A program made the position numbers and the translations under genes. Shown here piece by piece: positions 54,392 through 64,000 of a DNA stretch of 64,000 nucleotides. The notes under the pieces were generated by a model. It saw only the letters and a list, made by a program, of their open reading frames with translations, was not told the origin of the DNA and ran no database searches. Source of the stretch: Eledone cirrhosa (Eukaryota); contig OZ024743.1 of assembly GCA_964016885.1 (NCBI GenBank), positions 233,430,001 to 233,494,000 on the forward strand. The letters are read 5' to 3'. How positions within the stretch are numbered: the stretch's first letter is position 1; every line of letters begins with the position of its first letter.

Positions 54392-55826
54392 TCAATCCTG
54401 GTAGTATTTATAATATGAAAATGTAGATTTTAAGCGATGGTTACAGTATAACGATCGCTCTATTCTGTTATTTAATAAAATGTTTTTGGATTTCATAATA
54501 CAAAATAATTCTACATTACATAATCTACAAAATTCCTGTCCATTGGAATATGGGGGGGGGGCAGTCGCTATTATATCCCATTTTAGGTGAAATTGTTGGT
54601 TATTTTCACGCAGCTGCCAAGCCTTGTCTGCGAGTGTTGTTACATAACGCTGGTTTTCATGTTTTATCGAATAACGATGTCTATAAAGGCGTGATTTAAA
54701 GGAGGTGGCTGTAGATCCCACATAGTACCACTTCTGTCTATCCGATTCGATAGTACATTTGTATACGATGTTGCGTTCAAGACACTGGTTGTTCAACGGA
54801 CACATTCCTGGTTGGACACAGTTGCAATTACAATTTTGCGTTGTTGTATTGCCATGGATGGGTTGATGAGGTTGCTTATGTAGAACAGGATGTTGTTTGT
54901 TGTTTTGTGATGTTATAGCTAATGTTTTACGTGTATTGTTATGTGTTGGAAGGCGTTTATACAACCGTTTTGCGTTAAGCATTTTTATATGTTGTTCAAT
55001 ATTAGGGGCGGTTGAATATGAAAGTCGGATGGTGTTAGGGTTTAAGATTTTATTATATTTATGTGATGTTGGAAAGTGTTTTCTAACTAATCGAAAGAAT
55101 TTTGAGGGTAGATTGGTTTTAATAGATTTGTTATAGACCGGGTTGTACCAGATATACTCCTTACATCGCCTTCTGTTTGGTGGTGTGCGACTATTATTGT
55201 GTCTATTGCGGTAGTGTATGTATGGTGGTGATTCTGTGCTATTTCTACTCCTATGTGATTTATTTTGGGTGTTTTGGTGATCATTGACTATATACTCTAT
55301 ATTATCTAGGTGACCGGCTTTCCTAAGTGCATCATCATAATACTCGGCATGTTCTTTGAAGGTTTGTTGGTTGGACGATAGGCGGGAGATTCTAAGAGAA
55401 ACATTTCTAGGGATGGATTTAATTATAGAGAGTGGATGGTTAGAACTCGTATTTACATATTTAAGGTTCTCATTTAGTTTATGGAACGGTTTAATCGTAT
55501 CTGTATTGAGATTGAAAGTAACATCAAGGAAATTGACCTCTTTGAGGTTATATTCAAATGTAATATTTAATCCTAGTTCTTTAAAAAGTTTTCTGATATT
55601 TTTACGCATCCTTTCTAAATTCTGGTTATTCATATTCTTAACTAATAGGAGCGCATCGTCACGGTAAATTCCACCGTGGAGATCCTTGAATTTTCCTTGT
55701 AATCTGTGGGTGATATAAATTCCCACAAGATCTGTTACCTCCGCCGAATCATTAGAACCCATAGTGATATCAAAATTAGAAGGTCTATCTTTGCGAACCC
55801 AGTAGCTATCATCGAATTTAACTATA
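54392..55826 (-). CDS. Truncated Naiad RT + GIY-YIG (inverted arm)
   Basis: Same translation as the + arm from ITMGSND to YYQD. Confidence 0.85.
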
Positions 55827-57379
55827 TTGATGAATATTATTCCTCAATTTCACCTGATACTCTACATGAAGCTCTTTCGTTCGCTAAGGATAATTCCGAC
55901 CTTACGGATGCTGAAATTAAAATTATTATGGAAGCGAGAAAAACTATAGTTAAATTCGATGATAGCTACTGGGTTCGCAAAGATAGACCTTCTAATTTTG
56001 ATATCACTATGGGTTCTAATGATTCGGCGGAGGTAACAGATCTTGTGGGAATTTATATCACCCACAGATTACAAGGAAAATTCAAGGATCTCCACGGTGG
56101 AATTTACCGTGACGATGCGCTCCTATTAGTTAAGAATATGAATAACCAGAATTTAGAAAGGATGCGTAAAAATATCAGAAAACTTTTTAAAGAACTAGGA
56201 TTAAATATTACATTTGAATATAACCTCAAAGAGGTCAATTTCCTTGATGTTACTTTCAATCTCAATACAGATACGATTAAACCGTTCCATAAACTAAATG
56301 AGAACCTTAAATATGTAAATACGAGTTCTAACCATCCACTCTCTATAATTAAATCCATCCCTAGAAATGTTTCTCTTAGAATCTCCCGCCTATCGTCCAA
56401 CCAACAAACCTTCAAAGAACATGCCGAGTATTATGATGATGCACTTAGGAAAGCCGGTCACCTAGATAATATAGAGTATATAGTCAATGATCACCAAAAC
56501 ACCCAAAATAAATCACATAGGAGTAGAAATAGCACAGAATCACCACCATACATACACTACCGCAATAGACACAATAATAGTCGCACACCACCAAACAGAA
56601 GGCGATGTAAGGAGTATATCTGGTACAACCCGGTCTATAACAAATCTATTAAAACCAATCTACCCTCAAAATTCTTTCGATTAGTTAGAAAACACTTTCC
56701 AACATCACATAAATATAATAAAATCTTAAACCCTAACACCATCCGACTTTCATATTCAACCGCCCCTAATATTGAACAACATATAAAAATGCTTAACGCA
56801 AAACGGTTGTATAAACGCCTTCCAACACATAACAATACACGTAAAACATTAGCTATAACATCACAAAACAACAAACAACATCCTGTTCTACATAAGCAAC
56901 CTCATCAACCCATCCATGGCAATACAACAACGCAAAATTGTAATTGCAACTGTGTCCAACCAGGAATGTGTCCGTTGAACAACCAGTGTCTTGAACGCAA
57001 CATCGTATACAAATGTACTATCGAATCGGATAGACAGAAGTGGTACTATGTGGGATCTACAGCCACCTCCTTTAAATCACGCCTTTATAGACATCGTTAT
57101 TCGATAAAACATGAAAACCAGCGTTATGTAACAACACTCGCAGACAAGGCTTGGCAGCTGCGTGAAAATAACCAACAATTTCACCTAAAATGGGATATAA
57201 TAGCGACTGCCCCCCCCCCATATTCCAATGGACAGGAATTTTGTAGATTATGTAATGTAGAATTATTTTGTATTATGAAATCCAAAAACATTTTATTAAA
57301 TAACAGAATAGAGCGATCGTTATACTGTAACCATCGCTTAAAATCTACATTTTCATATTATAAATACTACCAGGATTGA
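55827..57379 (+). CDS. Truncated Naiad RT + GIY-YIG; predicted N-terminus 55706-55826 is antisense-arm sequence
   Basis: YYSSI, FDITMGSND, GGIYRDDAL, NFLDV, SSNHP, IWYNP, CNC..CPL..C, IVYKC..YVGST..FKSRLYRH, CRLCNVE, CNH. Confidence 0.88.
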
Positions 57380-58128
57380 ACGCCTGTCTCTATCCCCGTT
57401 TGATTGTCAAAATAGATATGAACATTCTTTATTAGTCTTAATTCTATCAACTCTTCTATTATTTACCTTTTAATACAAACTGCTATAGATAAAATGAGAT
57501 TTCTGATTTTTTGATTCAATTCCCTAGTGCAAATACCAGCTGACCACTAGCATTGATGTTATTTAGTAGCAATCGAAATCTCCCCCTTCCCCAATTGACA
57601 CTTTATGATTAATACTACTGCACCAAATGACCAGCCCTGTCCACTGTCCAGTTGGTCAAGTAGAGATTAAAATCGGCACCCCCAAAATTCTTATTTAGAT
57701 TTACTCATGGTATTCTCATTAAAAACCCATTATATACTTGTTTAGCAGTAAATTATTTTACCATCTGTCATATTCTATCCCCTCTGTTCCTTCCTCTTTT
57801 ACTAATATAAATACTTCAATTTTTCTTATTTTATCCAGTTTATCCAAAATCTCTGAAGAAGTGACAACTGATTATACATTTGCTATCGAATACTTGCTAA
57901 CATTATATGATTACGCAAGCAGCGATACATAGGTATTCGGTCTGTTACAGAAACATATGTCAATACCTAATAAATTCCTTTTTTAACAAAAGCACTTTCA
58001 TTTTATATTCATCCTTTCTACATTTCTCCGGAATATAATTTATACTCGTTGAGCAAACCTGCACGTACGCTGTTCATCTCTAACGTAACGATATATTATC
58101 ACTACATTATTGATAACCTGAAATTTTA

Positions 58129-59683
<1,555 letters not shown>

Positions 59684-59692
<9 letters not shown>

Positions 59693-60327
59693 TGGATGTA
59701 TATATAATGTATTTTGCAATACACTTTATGCTTAATTAAAAGCATTTTGAAGTCCGTATGCTATTGTTTTAGAGTAGTGACAGATTCACTTACTTTAATC
59801 TCAGCAAACAGGGGAGATAAGCCGACAAGACCTTGTGTCGCTTTTGTTGAAGCTTATCAAGGCTAAGTACCCCTCCTGTCTACTGAGATTACTGATGTTA
59901 TATTCTTATAGAATTCTAGTAAATAATCAGGAACTGATTATACAGAGCGATTGTTGGTCAGGCAGGAATTAAAAATTAAAATTGGAACTCTGAAATAGCA
60001 ATATATATATGGATGTATATATAATGTATTTTGCAATACATTTTATGCTTAATTAAAAGCATTTTGAAGACCGTATGCTATTGTTTTAGAGTAGTGACAA
60101 ATTCACTTACTTTAATCTCAGCAAACAGGGGAGATAAGCCGACAAGGCCTTGTTTCGCTTTTGCTGAAGCTTATCAAGGCTAAGTAAACCTCCTGTCTAC
60201 TGATATTACTGATGTTATATTCTTATAGAATTCTAGTAAATAATCAGGAACTGATTATACAGAGCGATTGTTGGTCAGGCAGAAATTAAAAATTAGAATT
60301 GGAGCTCTGAAATAGCAATATATATAT
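59684..60327 (-). mobile_element. Retrozyme-like tandem dimer (2 x 317 bp); HHRs at 59820-59864 (GAAA to GACA mutant) and 60137-60181
   Basis: Reverse complement of the 51.5-kb monomer; TGGATG recurs at 59693 and 60010. Confidence 0.88.
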
Positions 60328-60459
60328 CATCATCATCACCGTTTTACGTCCGTTCTTCCACGCTAGCATGGGTTAGACGGGTTGTCCTGTTGTGGGCAGT
60401 GTCTGGTCGGCTGACCATGCCTTGCTCATACAGGAACTGATATATATATATATAAATTC

Positions 60460-60514
<55 letters not shown>

Positions 60515-60516
60515 CA

Positions 60517-60585
<69 letters not shown>

Positions 60586-60587
<2 letters not shown>

Positions 60588-63190
60588 ATTTTTTCATTCT
60601 GAGGATTGAAAGCAAAATCTTTTGCTTTTAAGAAACCACTGGTAAATGGAATAATTGCCTTATGTTGTTTATTACATAACTATTAAGCTCTGTTACCTAC
60701 ATAGAACACTCTTTTTTCCTGGACTTTTCCGACGGAATTACTTCATTTATACAGCTCCAACCGGGATTGATTGAAGCATATTCTATATTACATATACGAT
60801 TGGCACTTTCTAAGCCCGATTAGTTGAGCACTCTACAGTTTTCAGGAATTTAACCAACATACACCATGGATCTTTATGAATTGGATTATTCAATCAAAAA
60901 TATACCCACTCCTTCCAACACAACTTATACCAAAATCCTTATAGATAAAATCGAACAAGTCGTTAAAAGAATGAGATGGAAGGCAATCGTTTACGATGGA
61001 CTATTTAGGGCTGATACTAAAGATTGTTTTGACATCAAATCCCGTAAATATCCACCTAGAATTAAAGACATGGCCAACTTCGAATTAGACCTGGTTAATC
61101 TAATTAGTGATATCAAATTTCGTAAGTACAGTAATAACTTTCAAACTAAACTTTCTCACGATATTTCTAATTTTAGAAATTCTACAAATACTTTTGTTCT
61201 TTCTGATAAAACTAAAAAATCTCTTTGAAGTTAATAGTACTTTGTATAACCAACTTTTAACTAATAGTATTACCAATAAATATCAATTAACTAATAATAA
61301 TACCTACAATACTATCAATAAAGAAGCTAAAGAACTAGCTAGTTCTTTAAATATAGATAACCGGATTGAAAGCCTAGCTAAGCGTAAAGAATATATTACC
61401 CTTAAAGACCATAAATTGGACTTTACTAATCGACCTAGTTGTAGACTGATTAACCCGGCTAAATCCGAGGTTGGCCTTGCAAGTAAAAAAATCTTAAGAA
61501 AAATAATTCTCCAAATTAGAACTAACACTGACCTATCACAGTGGCTAAATACTTCCTCTGTTATTTCTTGGTTTAATAATATACAAGGTAAAAATAAGTG
61601 TAGATTACCCAATTTGATATTGTCGATTTTTACCCATCTATTACTGTTTCCTTATTAACTAATGCCTTAGATTTTGCAAGACCCTTCATTAACATTTCTT
61701 AATTAGAAGAAGACATTATCTTTCATGCTAGAAAAACTTTACTTTTTACTAATGATAATATTTGTGTTAAAAAGTCAAACCCTGAAAACTCTTTTGATGT
61801 TGCAATGAGTTCATATGACAGTGCGGATGTGTGTGACTTAGTAGGATTATTCCTTCTCCACACCCTCAAAGAGAAATTTCCGTCCCATTATATCGGTTTA
61901 TACCGTGATGACGGATTAGCAGTTTCTCATAACACCAACGGCCATAACCTTGATAAATTCCGTAAAGATTTAATCAATACTTTTGCTAATCTTAACCTTA
62001 AAATCACTATAGATAGGAACCTTACTAATGCTAACTTTCTTGATATTAATCTTGATCTACTTACCGCCTCTTTTAAACCCTATCATAAACCTAATGAAAA
62101 TCTTAGGTATATACACAAAGAGTCTTGCCATCCCTCTATAGTTTTTAACAATCTTATTCCTAACATTAGCCGTAGGATTTCTACCTTATCTTCGTCTATA
62201 GACATTTTTAATAAAGCCCCGTCCCTTATTATAATAAAGCCCTTAAGAACAGCAGTTTTACAGAAAAAAATTCTTATTTACCTACTCCCCCCCTAAAACT
62301 AACCACAATAACAGAAAAAGGAAGATTATTTGGTTTACACCCCCCTTCTCTCTAACTGTCAAAACTAATGTAGGAAGGAAATTCCTTGAACTCTTAGACA
62401 AACATTTTCCTCCTAATCATAGATATTAGAAGATATTTAATAGGAACGTAGTTAAGATCAGCTACTCTTGTTTCCCATCTATGAAGTCCAAAATCACCAG
62501 TTCAAACCATACGAGAACAAATCCAGGATGCAGTTGCAGGAAGCCGGATGAATGCCCATTGCAGGGTAAATGTAACACCAAATCTGTTGTTTATGAGGCT
62601 AAGATAACACCGGTAATCAACAACCAGCCATCCAGGAGTGAGCGATATGTCGGTATGACCCAGGACAGGTTTAAAACCAGATTTTACTCACATGTCGCTT
62701 CTTTTAAGCACTCCGATAAACGAACATCAACGGCCCTCGCAAGTAAGGTGTGGGAACTCAAGGATAGTAACATCCCGTACTCTATTGATTGGTCTATATT
62801 AGACCATTCGAGGGAGTACCAAAGGGAAACAAAGAATTGTTCTTTGTGTACCACAGAAAAATATAGGATTTTGCTAAACTTGAGAGCCACTTCCGCTTGC
62901 CTTAACTCAAACACTGAGATCTTCAGATGCTGTCCTCATCTGAAATCGCATCTGATCTGTAACTGGATTGACACTCCTATGATAAATCAACCGCCTTGAA
63001 CTCCTTCTCTGCTCTTTACTTCTGCTACGGTTTTTTATTTTGCTGAATCTACGTTCTGTACTCTTGTATATATATTTTTTTCTCCCTTACCTCCCCTTAT
63101 ATTTCACCTTTTCCTATGTTTTCCCCGCCCCCATATATTCTTTTTGCCTTGCCCTTCACATACCTATGTGTATGTGTATGTATATTTATG
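60586..63190 (+). mobile_element. Full-length but frameshifted Naiad PLE (ORF pieces 60866-62999)
   Basis: YSIKNIP, KRMRWKA, LKDHK..CRLINPAKS, FDIVDFYPSI, IGLYRDDGL, CSC..CPL..C, VVYEA..YVGMT..FKTRFYSH, CSLCTTEK, CPH. Confidence 0.9.
60593..60650 (+). ncRNA. Type I hammerhead in the 5' pLTR of a Naiad element
   Basis: TTCATT-CTGAGGA-TTGAAAGCAAA/TTTGCTTTTAA-GAAA-CCACTGG-TA-AATGGA. Confidence 0.82.
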
Positions 63191-63196
63191 TATATA

Positions 63197-64000
63197 TACC
63201 AACACTTGCACAGACAAAAACACAAGCCAAACCTCAACAAGAAAGAATGGGAAGAATTAAATAGATTAAAAACCGACAGAACCATTACAATTAAAGATGC
63301 CGATAAAGGGAGTACAGTAGTCCTAATGGAGACAGAATTCTATATCAACTTAGCGCTCTCCACTTTGGAAAACGAAACATACTACGAAAAGGCTGAACAC
63401 TACAATCAACAGAAAATTATGAGAAACCTAAAAACTCTAATCAACCAATACAAAGAAGGACTCACTAACAAGGAATTCAGCTTCATCACAGACTTCACAA
63501 GCAAATCCAGCCTCTTCTACGGTATCCCTAAAGTACATAAAAGCGAATCAATAAGTAAGGCATGCAAGGAAGCCACAGACATAGTCATCAATGTCCCCTC
63601 ACCCAATGATCTCAAATTAAGACCTATAATAGCAGGCCCCGCTTGCGAAACGCACCGTCTTAGCAACTTCATTGATACCCTTCTCAAACCCTTCCCCAAA
63701 CACATCAAAAGCTATATAAGGGACGATCTAGATATGCTCAATCACCTCCCTAATATGCCACTTTCTGAACAAACCCTACTAGGGACGTTCGATGTAGTCA
63801 ACCTATACTCCAACATCCCCCACAACCTAGGAATAGAAGCTATCCAATTCTGGCTGGATAATTTCCACAATGAACTCCCACAACGCATCAAAAAAGAATT
63901 CGTGATAGGGACTCAAATTTATCTTGGAGAACAATTACTTCGTTTTCAATAACAAATCCTACAGGCAGAAATCTGGGACCGCTATGGGAACGAAAACAGC
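63197..64000 (+). mobile_element. 5'-truncated Neptune/Poseidon-type PLE RT, running off the window
   Basis: PNLNKKE, IKDADKGSTVV, FYGIPKVHK, LRPII, FDVVNLYSNIPH, GTAMGT after a frameshift. Confidence 0.85.

Larger units (their letters stand above)
53751..58128. mobile_element. Naiad-type PLE as a giant palindrome: 2076-bp arms (53751-55826 / 55945-58020), 118-bp spacer, ~105-bp tail
   Basis: Same RT-GIY-YIG protein on both strands; one arm mismatch noticed (54244 vs 57528 region); (TA)n on both sides. Confidence 0.93.

Overview
Gene-free, repeat-saturated animal genomic window. The very long (TA)n tracts, Nin-domain tRNA-SINEs and Naiad Penelope-like elements (PLEs) suggest an octopus-like cephalopod, which is inference only. 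No host exon was recognised. There are three zones. (1) 1-20 kb is a pile-up of non-LTR retrotransposons at (TTA/TAA)n microsatellites: two head-to-tail Tx1/L1-type elements plus a solo 3' end on +, four Dong/R4-type RLE elements on -, and a CRE remnant. (2) 21-26.4 kb is a young full-length Gypsy LTR element with a -1 frameshift signal. (3) 27-64 kb is a (TA)n 'sea' colonised by PLEs (Naiad and Neptune-like), a CR1 LINE, a solo LTR and Helitron/Chapaev debris. Zone 3 also holds about a dozen fold-back (inverted-repeat) insertions and more than ten unrelated minimal type I hammerhead ribozymes (HHRs). The best candidate for a novel system is a 317-nt retrozyme-like monomer with a non-canonical U3-A8 hammerhead core. 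Its tandem copies are circularly permuted at an internal (TA) run rather than at the ribozyme cleavage site, as expected if a circular RNA were reverse-transcribed by rolling circle after priming on genomic (TA)n. All alignments, folds and family assignments were done by eye and need computational confirmation.
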